DNA of 62,979 bases, counting the filler, from Aduncisulcus paluster (taxonomy: Eukaryota), in assembly GCA_024181965.1 (NCBI GenBank). It is 10 parts of 10 records of this genome, joined end to end, with 100 filler letters (N's around TTAATTAATTAA, not from the genome) between each part and the next. Parts side by side here need not be neighbours in the genome. Positions count along the whole stretch, not along the records: positions 14,203 to 38,556 come from BQXS01011638.1; 9 more parts are not named here. One strand, 5' to 3'. This document shows, piece by piece, positions 14,103 through 26,468 of the stretch. The position numbers and the translations under genes were made by a program. Under the pieces are notes generated by a model. The model searched no databases and was not told where the DNA came from. It saw only the letters and a program-made list of their open reading frames with translations. Position 1 is the stretch's first letter. The number at the start of each line of letters is the position of its first letter.

Positions 14103-14202
14103 NNNNNNNNNNNNNNNNNNNNNNNNNNNNNNNNNNNNNNNNNNNNTTAATTAATTAANNNNNNNNNNNNNNNNNNNNNNNNNNNNNNNNNNNNNNNNNN
14201 NN

Positions 14203-17135
14203 ATTCTATTTCCTTACCCGTTGCCATCAAGGCAATCGGATTGTTTTTTATTTTTTCTAAGTGTTTTTTCAAACAGGAAGCTGATCCGTCCTGTATTTTT
14301 TCTATTATATCTCCCTCTTTGAAACAGTGGTGTTCAACATTTGCTACCGAACCTTATTTCATCGGTTTCGTTTCGGGAACGCTCTATTTTATCTCTTCAA
14401 ATCGAATTTCAAAAACAACCCGTGCCATATCTTCCTCCCTGAGTGATTATGGCGATGTTCTGGTTAAGTTATTCAATAACAATGCGTTTTCGATGTTCAA
14501 ATCATTGAATACCTATTCGTCAAATGAATACCTCTCTTTCTTCTCCTTTTTCTTTGGCTTTTTATTAAATATTTGCTCAGATTCTTATTGTTCATCTTGT
14601 AGTAAGACATTTGACCTTGTCAGAGACTATTTGAGTCCTTGGAACCATTATTTATCCATCATTCCGACATATTACGTGTCAAACAACCCACAAAAACTAT
14701 TCTGGCAGTTAGTAGATCTCTTCGCATCCTCCCCAACTCTTCGCAAACAAATCCCTTCTTCTGTTCTTCATGATCCTGCCATGTTGCTCTTCTCCTTCAG
14801 GGCATGTTCATCACCATCGCAGTATATTGCGCGTTTCAAGGAAAGCTCCCCGTATTTCATGCAATTCATGAAACAATTTGATCTCTCTGGCGATCCTCTC
14901 TTAGTTGAAGGCAAGGAACTCGCCATAAGACACAAGAAAATAGAGGAACACAAAACACAAATCATGCACTTCCAACGATGTGTTTGCGCCCCTCTCCTTG
15001 ACATCCCGGCTACGAAGTTACCCTTTTTCTTTGTGTACTATCATTATTCATCGTTCTTTCCATTTATTCTGCGTACCCATGAACTGATTGGTTCTAAACT
15101 CACTCTAATTCTTGATCTGTGCATGCAATATTCTCAGTATACCGATCTCAGGCTTCGCGTAGCCAATGACATATCTTCTCTGCTTCTTCGGACCTTTGAA
15201 GTCCCCGGAAGTGCTGATAATCGCCTGGATCTTTACAAAATACTGGTATCTTCCTGCAATATCTCACTGGATAGAGCTGCATGTGACCCTGTTTTCAAGG
15301 TCTGGAGCCATTTCCTCAATCCCTGGTTCATCAAGGATAAAAACGTTGATAACATTGGACTCTGGTTGTCTTTATTTGATAACCTCACTCGAGGTGCTCT
15401 CTCTACCAAACCTAAACCCGTCGAAGTGACTCGATGCTCTCACATGTCATCCATTGTTCTCGTTGTCGTTGACAAGCTTGTTGAGTATGGCTGTTTGACT
15501 GGCAGGAAAGTATTATCTTATCATGATTCTCACGAGGAATCATGTCTTTTCTCCGTCCAACCTTTCCTCTCATTCCTCGTTAACATTTGCTCAGTGCTAG
15601 ATCATCCTATTCAAGTCTTTTTAGAGATTCAGGGAACGCTAAGGTGTTTATATGATCGTATATTGGCTGAGAAACAGTTCCAATTGCAGCACATCGATAA
15701 AGAAGCGGAAGAAACACAAATCGATAGCAGAGGATTTGTATTATGGAGCCGTTTGATGAACATTTTTGCTTCAATTCCCTCTTTGGCCCATGAACTCAAG
15801 GATTTCGAACCCCTTATGATGGAGTGTGATGCCCATTTGCCTGCATTCTCTGACATTCCTTCTAAATATGGATATAAATCATTTTCTCGCTGTCTCAGTT
15901 TCTCTCTCGGAGAAGCTTCCTCCATGAAATCTATTGAATCCACTCATTATTCTGAAAGTTCTTTCTGTCACTCTGCTCGGACTCTTTCCCAATCTCAGGG
16001 CATCGACGTTTCCACCTCAGTTGTAAGTAGTGATTATGGAACCTCAAACCCGAGTATTTGTCCCCATCATAGTCTCGACCCTTCTGTACATGGACATTAC
16101 GATCCCCACCGACCTGAATGGAGTGTCAATGAAGATGAAGATGAAGACGAAGAAGATAGTTTGTCAGAGATACAGATAACGACTCGGACAGTCACAGCAA
16201 GGGGAGAACGATCTCTGTTCTCTTCTCTGGGTGTTCAGGATAACCTTCGTTCTGCATCCCACGGGAATATCTATCTCCTCTCCTCTTGTTCCTCCACGCA
16301 ACAGGCCCATTCATGTCCTTGCCCTGCCAACTCGAGCGATTACTTGAAAGAAGTGGTTGTTCCAATGGGAACTGACCTCCAAGAAGGTTTTGTTCTCGAT
16401 TCTGGAGTTGATATGGCCGTCTTGCTGCCCGAGGAACTTGATTCCCATCACACTCAAGTATCCAATGAATCTCAACCTTCTTGGGTTGGTGTGGAGACAT
16501 CACGTGATGTTCCTCTTATTACTCTTGCTACCGACGATGAGAGTTCCAAACAGTCCATCCGCACCAAAGACACGCCTGTCTTCCAGTCTGCATGTTCATT
16601 AGAACTCCCCACTTCTGTTCTCTCCTCTGTAACCTCCTCTCTTCAGAAATCTAGCCATTTTCATCCCCTCTCATGTTCCATGAATTCGAGGATATGCGCG
16701 GGCAGTACATCTCATGAATCCTGCGTCTCCTCTGGAAGCTATGATTCAAGTGAATCGAGTGAATGTACATCCGAGGGTTCATATAATGATGGCATGGCCT
16801 GTGGGAACGTCAAACAATCGTCCCTCCAAAGCCACATAGATGCCAGTGATTCCACACAAACAAGCACTTCACAAGGAATCAACCTGTTGACCTTCTCAAA
16901 CTCTGGACAAAAGAATCAAATATCTTCGGCAAATCCTATTTTCACATCCTTTCCCTCCCCTTCTATGGAATCACTGTCTGGAAGAACTGATATTATGCTT
17001 ATTGAATCCACTTCTCGTGGTGCCACTCCATCTCTTTCCTCACGCAGTGGTTTTCTTGATGTTGACGAATCCTTCTCCCATTCTCATGAAGATGTTGCTT
17101 CTGAACACATTCCCCTACTTGAATTTCCCAAATAG
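14203..17135 (+). CDS. Hypothetical protein with a helical-repeat N-terminal half and a Ser-rich disordered tail, 5'-partial
   Basis: 964-aa ORF with recurrent ...LxPW...LW.L..LF motifs suggesting ARM/HEAT-like repeats. No named family recognised. Confidence 0.7.
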
Positions 17136-17789
17136 AAATTAATTCTATGAATATCCGTGTTTCTATTCTATTTTTATTCTTTAAATTTATTGTTGTTTTA
17201 TTTATATTTTTATCCATATACCTCCCTTTTTGGTATAATCATTTGGTCCTTTTCGAATACATGGTTTATATATTGATTAAATCTGTTTTATGGTATTTTT
17301 TCTATTATTATTATTTTGTTTGTTTTATCATTTTCTTTTTATTTATATTGATATATTATTATTTATATTGATTTTTGCTGTCTTCATTCTAGTATTTTAG
17401 AATGGATTTACTTGCACTTCCATTCGATTTCAAGTAATTCTTATGATTATCTATTTCTATTTTTATTGTTTTACACTGTTCCCTCAAAAATCTGATATTA
17501 TTTTTATACTAAATTTCCTTTGATATCACATATGTTTGTGAGTTTTTCTTTTTCTATCAATTTCCTTTACTTTCTAAATAATCCCTTTTTTTCAAACACA
17601 ACATGCTTGACTATTGCATCTTTGTTTCGAACGAAGGAATTATTCTTCTTATTCGACCCTTCTTCAAGTCGAGATGGGTGATCTTTCGTATCAACAATCA
17701 AAAATGGACAGACTTTTTTGTTACCATTCCGTTCAGGAAAACAAAAATAGTAAAAATCTATTGACATTTCTAAATCTTATTTTTTTCAC

Positions 17790-20700
17790 CTAAGATTCAA
17801 GCTCTTTCACTGAACCAAGTCTGGTATCGAGGCGACAAGGGCAAACTTTTTCATAATCGGGAACATAAGGTTCAGGCTCATCACCAATTCGTCCATTTTT
17901 AATCCACATTTTGAGTTCTCTCTGGTATTCTTTCTTCCTTCCAATGGATTTGATTGTTTCTGGAAGGCAATGACGATGGACGGCGTGTCCACACTGAAAT
18001 ACAAAACATGTTTCTTGCGGGATAGATTTATCCTTGAGCTGAACTCCAGTCTCGGCAAGAGTTTTCCCACACACCTCACACTCTGTCTGGGTAACAAGTA
18101 TTGGACGTGTTCGGCCATAATATTCACGAGTCATTTGCTCTCCAGCATCCATACGGGCAGCATCAAGGAGCATTGTGAAGGATTCTTTGTGGAGTGCAAG
18201 TCTGGAAGCCAATGAAGGAACTTGGACAGAGCGAGAGAACAATTGTTGGTGCATCTGATTGCCCGATTTTCCCTCCTCTTCTTCTAACTCAGCCTCATGT
18301 TCAATTGTTTTTGTACCATGATCTTTCCCCTCTTCTTCCTCTTCCTCTTCACTTTCACCATTTTTCTTTGATGAATCCTTATCATCCACACTAACAACAA
18401 TGCTCGAAGACTCTTTATCCGTGATTCCATAAGCGTCTTTGTTTGATACAACACCCATACGAACAGCTTCATCGAGAACAGCACTCGTCTCGACCAAAAG
18501 TTCTGCTTTCAAAGCTAGAGGAAGAGTATTTTCAAGTCGTTCCCACACAAAATGAACAATACGAATCCGTAGATCCGTTGAAGATAACTTCATGAGACAT
18601 TCAAGAAGACGTTCCCAAATGTTTCGTAACTGGGGAGTTGTTTTCTTACTCATTTCGAAGGCACATGACAATAATTTGGAGGTTAACTCACATACAACGA
18701 TCACAGCACGAACAGACAGTGACAAAGGAGCAGAAAGATCAAGACCTTCGACAATATGACGACTGTTAGCTCCAATGCTGAATATCAAATCCTTATTGTC
18801 ATCTTCTCCGGGTAATCGGGAGTGAGCTTCTTTAAAAATCTTATGATAAGTGTCTAAATGTTTCTTCCATGATTTCTCCTTGTTTTTAAGTTCAACCTTG
18901 AGGTTTTCAATCCGCATATAATGTTCTTGTCGTTTTTCTTCGAGCTTTTTGCGCCTTAGTCTGGTCTTATGTGGCCCATATTCATGAATATAGGTTGATC
19001 TCTCTTGATTGAGAGCCACTTTGATCTTTTGAATGTCGATCATCATCTTCTTCATTTTGACTCTCTGCTCGGGGAACAGGGGAACGAGATCACAAGACTC
19101 CACCTGACGGTCAGCAATACATATATCATCACTCCCATCATCATATTTTTCTTGATGTGTTACTTGAAATCCATCAACAACGCCAGAAATAAAACCATTA
19201 CGATCTTCAGCATTATCATATTTTTGCTGCCTTCTCAACCGACCACATCGAGAAAACTTGTTCTGTTCTGAATCATTCCTGAAAAATTCGCCGACTAGAT
19301 CCCTAAACTCTGAAAGAACCTTACTTTCACCGTACGACACAACTTGACGACTTTGTTTTGAAGAGGTTGAAGAAGGAGCTGAAGCAGCCTTCCCACTCGT
19401 CGTATCATCTTCTGCTCCAAGAGTTTCAATCTCCTCAAGTTCTTCCTCTTGTCGGCGTCTTTGTTCTTCCTTCCGATCAGCTTCCTCGACCTCCTCTTTG
19501 ACACTCCGCATTACGAACACAGAATCACTTCGGGATACACGCTCAAGAGCAGCCTTCACGGCAGCAAGAGAAGGCATGACAGGCTGGTTCTTTTCAGAGG
19601 ATGAGGATGAGATTCCAGAGAGCTTTGCAAGTTCTTTGCTCTTCTTTGCATTCTCAACACTGATGGCTCGACTCCAGATTCCTTCCAGAACACCAACAAA
19701 CTTCTCTAGTTTCTCAATATGAAGCTGCAATTCCCTAAATATATGATCAAGACGTTTAAGAATGTATACATATCCGTCCACATGTCCACTATTCCTTACA
19801 GTGGCCTCAATCCTCGAGACAACATCGTCAGGCATCTGTTGAAGCACAGACACGACATATTGAGGATAATAGTTAACCAAGTGATTCACAGCTTCCTTTT
19901 GCATGAGTTTTCTTGCCTCGTCCTGGGTGCTTGAAGCTCTATGAGACAAAACGATAGAAAGACGTTCGGCATCGTTCATCTCAGACGAGGAAGAGAGGGA
20001 AGATGGAGAAAAGATGAGTAAAACAAGTGTTGCCAGAGAAGGAGGACATTTCAATAATAGCGAGAAAGATGAATTGAGGCTCCCTGCATCAAACATTGCG
20101 ATAACACGGGCAAGAGAGGTCGGATGGAGGTAACCAAGACTCTGAACATTGGCACGAACATATGCCATCACCGCTTCAATTGGAGTGGTTGGATTCTGAC
20201 TGTGAGAAGTAATGGAAGTGATTGCAGAACTTGGGGAACACACACCGCACAGAGATTTAAGTCGGGAGCTATCAATTGAACTAGCGGTGGCCAACGTAAC
20301 ATGCGGATTTGAATCTTCTCCCCATTTTGTAAGGATGGAGAAAACATTCATATCAAGACATAGAAGCAGATCACACACACCAACAATATCATTGTCGATG
20401 CATGCACAGCAGGCAGCAGCCAGGATTCGGGTATCTTTCAAGTAAGAGAGTGCAAACGAAGGCGCATTTGGATTCTCACCAGAAGAGTCAGTGAGTGACG
20501 TGATAGATGATAAATGATGTCTCTGTTGCCGCTTCCTTCTCCTCCGCTCCCTCTCTTTCTCTTTCTTTTTCTGATCTTCTTTCTTCTCTCCAAGAATCTT
20601 TTCACGCATTTTCATGCACAGCTTTGCAAGAACGCTCATGTCNNNNNNNNNNNNNNNNNNNNTCAAGTAAGAGAGTGCAAACGAAGGCGCATTTGGATTC

Positions 20701-23700
20701 TCACCAGAAGAGTCAGTGAGTGACGTGATAGATGATAAATGATGTCTCTGTTGCCGCTTCCTTCTCCTCCGCTCCCTCTCTTTCTCTTTCTTTTTCTGAT
20801 CTTCTTTCTTCTCTCCAAGAATCTTTTCACTCATTTTCATGCACAGCTTTGCAAGAACGCTCATGTCGATTGCAGAGTTCAACCGTCCAGCATTAAGCAT
20901 ACTTATGAGAACAAACTCTGAGCGTGAATGAAGGTATGGAATAGGATTGTCAATTGAGGAACAACGTGGCAAGGGTTCATTGTTCGTTGTATTGAATATT
21001 GATGAGTATGGGAATAGAGAGGATAGATACTTGAGAGGATCAAATGCAATTCCACTCTTCTCAATATCCGTCTCATCGTCACCAGCGGATGAACTCTGAT
21101 AGGAAGCACCTCGGTGGGAACTCTTAGAATCATGACTACTCTTACTATCTTGGATCCCATATCTCGTTGATTTCTTCGGTTTCTTCATTAAATTTGAATA
21201 CACGGCCTCTATATCGAATTTCTTAACACTTCCGCTATAAATGACATCAGTGACCTTTCCGTTAATAAGATACAACAGTAAACTCATTCCTTGGGGTTCA
21301 TTGAGTATTGTGCTCCACCTATCTTGGAACAGTCTCTTCAACGTTCCGTCGACACAAAGACACTCACAGACAAACAAAGCAACAGTGTGAAGGACTGAAT
21401 CAGATACAAGAGCCAGACCGCCACCGCAACAAATACGAATGAGAATTCGAATAACATCAGTGGCAGTCTTCAAGTCACAGAGACGCAAGGCAGGGAGGAT
21501 AATGGAATACAATGAACTCGAAGCATTGCAGGCCAACATTTGGAGAAGCAGTTCACATTTGCTGAGGATTTTACAACCAATTTCGAAATCTTCGCGAGCG
21601 AATTGACGTAGATTTTGTGCACTAAATTCAGATGATTTGAAGTCAGAAAGCTTGAAGTCTTCAGCTAATTTCGGTTGTAATTCATTCTGAATCTTAATGG
21701 CATTATGGAATAACAATTTAATAACACTTCCCTTTGCATGCTCTCTCACATCTTTTAGCTCATTATCTGGCACATATTCCGCATCATCAACGATAATTTG
21801 GCCTTTCTTCTTTTTCTTCGAGATATACTTATTTTTCTCTCCAATGACAGCTTTACGGCCATTATACGCCTGAGTCCACGCCTGAGCAGCAGCGGCGGTG
21901 GCAGTGTGAGCATCAGGGAAGAAGTAACTTGGTCTTTTAATAGAAATATCGGTATCCTTAATCTTCAATGGACGAGTCATAACCACACGCTTCAGGACAT
22001 CGCTTGTCATCTTCGCTAAAGCTGCATGCAATATGAAAGCCTTTGGCCGTTTTTCGGGCGACACATCTTCTCGGGGTGGACACGGCTTATCTGAAGAAGA
22101 TTCTTTCTCACCGACTTTCTCCTGGATCTTAAGGTGTTCACGTACCATTTCATCATCCTTAACAATACTAAGAGCAGCAGGCCCTGTAACTAACTCATAT
22201 ACAGCACCCCAGACTCGCAAGTCACATGCTAGGTCTGATAATTCCTTGAATATCCGGAATCTAGCAAGTGAAACGGTACGTGTAGGTGGTAACTTGCTTA
22301 ATGCAGAAGGAGGAAGAGTGAGTAATGAAGGATTGCATGAAATTGAAGATATCAGAATTGAGGACAACGCTTGGTGAGAACTTGAAGATGTTGGTTTTGA
22401 ACGATAGCTATTGTGCCTACTACTCTCAGATGCTGATAGAGGAGACATCAATCCACCAGTTCTAGTCGAAGAAACCGAGGCAAACACAGCACATGGATGG
22501 TTTTCCAGAACGAAAGGTCCACTCACATTCCTCGGAAGGTTATCAATCTCTAAGAGTCCAAGATTACGATCACGGTAACTCACCTCTTTCACGACGGCAA
22601 AGAACAACGAGAAAGGAATGAGAGGTAATGAACGCTTGACTATTCTTGGTATCATAGCATCCACCACCGCATTGACAACATTCACACGAACAGCCATAGG
22701 AAGGGATGAAACGGCAGAATCGTCTTGTCCAGACACATTCCCATAGGGGGTCTTAACATCTCCTCCGTCCATATCTTTCCCTTCATCCTCTTCAGGTTCA
22801 CCCCACAGACTTATATATATCCAATTCAATATAGCAAGACTCATCTTACGCTCCCCAACATGCTCAATGATATCACAGATAAGGTTGAACACATCTCTCA
22901 CACGCTCGTAAAGCTCTTCTTCAGACAGCGCCCAGAGAGTCGATCTGAGACCTGTCAACGATGTTGCAAACATTCCAAGCAGAGTCTCACGGTAGTCCAG
23001 CAAGAATCCGAGGGAAAAGGGCGTTGGACCTGTCACAGAAAGACTTGGTTGAGGCTCAGGAAGGCTATGTATCAACTTATCAAAGCTAGGATCTATAGGA
23101 ACACTTCCTTGAGGAGTTTTAGCACCTCCGACAAACTTCTTTCTTCCCTTCCGACCATTCTTTCCACTCTCCTCCTCATCTTCATAACTCTCTTCATATT
23201 CGCTGGAGTCTTCATATCCTGTTGAGGGATTGTTTCTCCCTTGTACACCACGATAACCTCCTTCATCATCCATGCCACCCACAGAGGCCATTGTTGTTGC
23301 TCCAAGAGCCTTCTCGGTGATGCTTACACCCACACCCCGTTCCCAAACACACATTGTCAGGATACACAAACACTGCACAATGGCTTCACTGGGCCCAATA
23401 GAGGAGAGGTGGGAGCAAATGAGAGAAAATGGCATCGAGAGCATGCAAAGAACAGAGTCTGGAGAAATGGAATATGCACCGCCTGAAAAAGATGGATATG
23501 ACACTTTCAAAAGGTCCCACCATTCACGATCAAAGCCCCTATTCTTCAATAGTTGGTTTTGGTGAGATAAATGCAGCAATAAGGAAGATATTTCCGAGAA
23601 CAGATCACCACAAAAGGCGTCCTCTTCTTCTTCACGATGATCTTGCTGAGAACACATCACAACGTTAAGAGAAGGACGCACAACATGAGCATGTGGGTGA

Positions 23701-26468
23701 TTATGTAAGGCATCATGTTCTTCGTCTTCTCCTGCCCCAGGGATGTTTGAGGCATATCCTGATATGGAGTATGCAGCAGAGAGTAGGGTGGGCACAATCA
23801 CACATGAATGCACGTTATAAAACATAGTGGGACCCTCCTGAGTCGAACCCTTTGAGGATCCATCTATAGCAGAAGCAGTTGGGGGAAGAGGGAATGCTGC
23901 AGAATGGTCCACAGTCGGAGGAGGAGATTCTGCATTGCTCAGACAGATGACACAGACACCATCAGTATCCACACACATTGTTGAAGACATTGATCCACCA
24001 CGAATATCCCTCTCAATGATCCTTTGCATATCTCGATGAATGCTGGGTGGATCTATTGAGAAAGGTGCAGGGAGAAGGTCAAAGAACTCATCACAAACAT
24101 CAAGGGCAGTAGTGCATAGGGATGTTACTTCACTCTTAGTGTTTGTGCTGGGTTGTATGGGACGAGAAGGATAATATCTGTCATCAGATCTCACACCAGT
24201 CATGCGTAATTTCCTCAATTTTCTGGCCCTTTTCTTTTCCGAATCTCTCTTATTCTCCCATTTGACTCTTTCTCTCTCTTTTTTCTCAAGGATAGAGCTG
24301 TTATCAGTGTGTAAAGAAAGGACAACCAGTGACCCAGCCACAGTCACACACGCACAGAGGGAAGGTGACAGAGGGCACAACGAAAGCAAGTAAAGATCAG
24401 AAGACGGTGACGACGTGTTTCCAAGAATCAAACCCATAAAATCAGCGAGTTTAGGTTGCTTGGAACTTACACTCCCATCTTCAGTCTGTGAGGAATCAAC
24501 TTCATTCGCAGACACTGTTGCTTTCCCTCCTTTTGCTTCATAGTCCCCAGAGAAACTACTGCTAATCTCTTCAGAAGATGAAGATAATTCTGATTCGTCA
24601 TCTTCGTCATCTTCATTACCAGGGATAGAATCCTTCGTTCCTTGAGTTCCCGCTGGAGAAGGGATTGAATCAGCGGAAATAGTAGTAGTAGATGATGATA
24701 AAGCAGTTATCTCACCACTTACACCTGAATTCTCAGCCAAATGTTTCACTCTCTCCTCTTCAGCTTGCCGTTCACGCTCTCTACGTTCCTCGGCTCTCCC
24801 CTTTTCTTTCTCCCGCTCCTCTTCAAGATGTTTCTCATGAAGTTTCCTCACTGAAGATCCGCCAACAAGAGACAAATAATCACACAACACGCACTCAAAC
24901 ACACCTTCACATTGGAGACCTCCTCCACAAGGGATATCATTGGGGGGGCAGGGAATTGTTCGGTTTCTCGGTAGTAGCCGGTACACACAGACGTAACCGG
25001 CATAACTGCAGACGATACATAGCTGTCCGAACAAGGGAGAATGCCGGAACAAGGATCCACTCAAAGAATCCCTCGATATGGATTTGGGAAGGAAAGAACA
25101 CAAGAATGAAGGAGAGAAGTCGGAAACACAACGAGAAGTACTGGAAGAACCTTGACTTTCTTCCTTATGTCTTCTCAAATGCTCTTCAATCGGGATGACT
25201 GACCTGAATCTGTGGATTGGAATTAGTTTTTCCCGTAGCGAAGGCAACTTTGCAATAGCAATCCCCTCTTTACAAGAAATCGCCAACAAAATAATACCTT
25301 TCCCAACGCCACCCTCACTTCTCTCGGCTGAATCACCACCAGAAGATCCTGGATGAGTATGATGTTCCCGTACTTTCTTGTCCTTACGCCCTCTATACAA
25401 AATACAGTCGATAGATACACAGCGGGAAGGCAGAAGGAGAGGTGGAGGAGAGGAAGCAGGAACAGACAAAGAATCCTCAAGGGGGGAGAATGGTTTCCAG
25501 TCCAATTTGTCTTCATCCGTGAGTTTAACTTTAATGGGGGAAGGCTGTGCAGAGGGAGGAAGCGCCCCACCGAGACCAAATCCCACTGTGGAGTAGGTGG
25601 GATTCAAGGCAGCAGGAGATTCAGCCGTCGAACTCTTAGGTCGTTTCCTTTCATACTCATTCCTTTTACGGTCTATAACATGTTTATATAGTCCTTCACT
25701 CATACCTTTTGGACATCTTCTGGCCAAAAGACGTGCCTTAATGGGTTTTTTAGCTGTAAAATCAATACCACACAACCAAACTGCCCCGTTATCGTCCAGA
25801 CACACACAAAAGAGTGGATGTGATGGAAGAGGGTGAATAGATATAATGTTTTGAATATTTTCACGCTCTGATTGCTTTTCTTTCTCCTGACCTGTAATTC
25901 GTTGCCACAAAGATACAGAACTCAACACAGGGGGTTCACAACTGCCCACAAGTACTAGCTGGACTTTGGGAGGACTTACCCTAGTCGATCCATCAAAACT
26001 CTTTGATTGGAGCTTTAGCATCTGAAGAATACGATTCGTATCACCTTCATGATCAGTATATGACTTCAAACGGGGATCAAGATCAGATTTGGCTCCTCGC
26101 TTATTTAGTTGGTAGATTTCTAACTTTCCACCATTATATCCAACGTAAACAAGAGTTGATTGCGTATTCATTTTCATTTTCACACAGCTAACAGACTCAC
26201 CCCATCCACTGCTCACGACATCAACACAGATTCCAGAAATAGTATCATATAATCGAACTTCACCATTAAAAAATCCAAGGCAGGTGAAAGAGCCGCAGGT
26301 ACACACACTAGACACACTTAATGGATCTGGTGGGTTACTAAGAGATTTTATGGTCAAATTTGGGGTAAGATGTGTTAATATATTTGATGAATAGGGCCGT
26401 AATGATATTTTTTTGGGAATATGTAAATGTTGTTGTTTTTCTGACCCGACAGATTGTCTTCCTCCCAT
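17790..26468 (-). CDS. VPS8: Vps8-like CORVET subunit (beta-propeller, alpha-solenoid, C-terminal RING)
   Basis: N-terminal WD-like strands (CLGFFNGEVRLYD, VYVGYNGGKLEIYQL). Central DAMIPRIVKRSLPLIPFSLFFAVV resembles the Vps8 LEPYI...L..IPP motif. C-terminal CEVC...FVFQCGHAVHRHC...CPC RING. Scaffold-overlap duplication at 20438-20642/20663-20867. Confidence 0.65.
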   Translation of the reverse strand: MGGRQSVGSEKQQHLHIPKKISLRPYSSNILTHLTPNLTIKSLSNPPDPLSVSSVCTCGSFTCLGFFNGEVRLYDTISGICVDVVSSGWGESVSCVKMKMNTQSTLVYVGYNGGKLEIYQLNKRGAKSDLDPRLKSYTDHEGDTNRILQMLKLQSKSFDGSTRVSPPKVQLVLVGSCEPPVLSSVSLWQRITGQEKEKQSERENIQNIISIHPLPSHPLFCVCLDDNGAVWLCGIDFTAKKPIKARLLARRCPKGMSEGLYKHVIDRKRNEYERKRPKSSTAESPAALNPTYSTVGFGLGGALPPSAQPSPIKVKLTDEDKLDWKPFSPLEDSLSVPASSPPPLLLPSRCVSIDCILYRGRKDKKVREHHTHPGSSGGDSAERSEGGVGKGIILLAISCKEGIAIAKLPSLREKLIPIHRFRSVIPIEEHLRRHKEESQGSSSTSRCVSDFSPSFLCSFLPKSISRDSLSGSLFRHSPLFGQLCIVCSYAGYVCVYRLLPRNRTIPCPPNDIPCGGGLQCEGVFECVLCDYLSLVGGSSVRKLHEKHLEEEREKEKGRAEERRERERQAEEERVKHLAENSGVSGEITALSSSTTTISADSIPSPAGTQGTKDSIPGNEDDEDDESELSSSSEEISSSFSGDYEAKGGKATVSANEVDSSQTEDGSVSSKQPKLADFMGLILGNTSSPSSDLYLLSLCPLSPSLCACVTVAGSLVVLSLHTDNSSILEKKERERVKWENKRDSEKKRARKLRKLRMTGVRSDDRYYPSRPIQPSTNTKSEVTSLCTTALDVCDEFFDLLPAPFSIDPPSIHRDMQRIIERDIRGGSMSSTMCVDTDGVCVICLSNAESPPPTVDHSAAFPLPPTASAIDGSSKGSTQEGPTMFYNVHSCVIVPTLLSAAYSISGYASNIPGAGEDEEHDALHNHPHAHVVRPSLNVVMCSQQDHREEEEDAFCGDLFSEISSLLLHLSHQNQLLKNRGFDREWWDLLKVSYPSFSGGAYSISPDSVLCMLSMPFSLICSHLSSIGPSEAIVQCLCILTMCVWERGVGVSITEKALGATTMASVGGMDDEGGYRGVQGRNNPSTGYEDSSEYEESYEDEEESGKNGRKGRKKFVGGAKTPQGSVPIDPSFDKLIHSLPEPQPSLSVTGPTPFSLGFLLDYRETLLGMFATSLTGLRSTLWALSEEELYERVRDVFNLICDIIEHVGERKMSLAILNWIYISLWGEPEEDEGKDMDGGDVKTPYGNVSGQDDSAVSSLPMAVRVNVVNAVVDAMIPRIVKRSLPLIPFSLFFAVVKEVSYRDRNLGLLEIDNLPRNVSGPFVLENHPCAVFASVSSTRTGGLMSPLSASESSRHNSYRSKPTSSSSHQALSSILISSISCNPSLLTLPPSALSKLPPTRTVSLARFRIFKELSDLACDLRVWGAVYELVTGPAALSIVKDDEMVREHLKIQEKVGEKESSSDKPCPPREDVSPEKRPKAFILHAALAKMTSDVLKRVVMTRPLKIKDTDISIKRPSYFFPDAHTATAAAAQAWTQAYNGRKAVIGEKNKYISKKKKKGQIIVDDAEYVPDNELKDVREHAKGSVIKLLFHNAIKIQNELQPKLAEDFKLSDFKSSEFSAQNLRQFAREDFEIGCKILSKCELLLQMLACNASSSLYSIILPALRLCDLKTATDVIRILIRICCGGGLALVSDSVLHTVALFVCECLCVDGTLKRLFQDRWSTILNEPQGMSLLLYLINGKVTDVIYSGSVKKFDIEAVYSNLMKKPKKSTRYGIQDSKSSHDSKSSHRGASYQSSSAGDDETDIEKSGIAFDPLKYLSSLFPYSSIFNTTNNEPLPRCSSIDNPIPYLHSRSEFVLISMLNAGRLNSAIDMSVLAKLCMKMSEKILGEKKEDQKKKEKERERRRRKRQQRHHLSSITSLTDSSGENPNAPSFALSYLXXXXXXXDMSVLAKLCMKMREKILGEKKEDQKKKEKERERRRRKRQQRHHLSSITSLTDSSGENPNAPSFALSYLKDTRILAAACCACIDNDIVGVCDLLLCLDMNVFSILTKWGEDSNPHVTLATASSIDSSRLKSLCGVCSPSSAITSITSHSQNPTTPIEAVMAYVRANVQSLGYLHPTSLARVIAMFDAGSLNSSFSLLLKCPPSLATLVLLIFSPSSLSSSSEMNDAERLSIVLSHRASSTQDEARKLMQKEAVNHLVNYYPQYVVSVLQQMPDDVVSRIEATVRNSGHVDGYVYILKRLDHIFRELQLHIEKLEKFVGVLEGIWSRAISVENAKKSKELAKLSGISSSSSEKNQPVMPSLAAVKAALERVSRSDSVFVMRSVKEEVEEADRKEEQRRRQEEELEEIETLGAEDDTTSGKAASAPSSTSSKQSRQVVSYGESKVLSEFRDLVGEFFRNDSEQNKFSRCGRLRRQQKYDNAEDRNGFISGVVDGFQVTHQEKYDDGSDDICIADRQVESCDLVPLFPEQRVKMKKMMIDIQKIKVALNQERSTYIHEYGPHKTRLRRKKLEEKRQEHYMRIENLKVELKNKEKSWKKHLDTYHKIFKEAHSRLPGEDDNKDLIFSIGANSRHIVEGLDLSAPLSLSVRAVIVVCELTSKLLSCAFEMSKKTTPQLRNIWERLLECLMKLSSTDLRIRIVHFVWERLENTLPLALKAELLVETSAVLDEAVRMGVVSNKDAYGITDKESSSIVVSVDDKDSSKKNGESEEEEEEEGKDHGTKTIEHEAELEEEEGKSGNQMHQQLFSRSVQVPSLASRLALHKESFTMLLDAARMDAGEQMTREYYGRTRPILVTQTECEVCGKTLAETGVQLKDKSIPQETCFVFQCGHAVHRHCLPETIKSIGRKKEYQRELKMWIKNGRIGDEPEPYVPDYEKVCPCRLDTRLGSVKELES

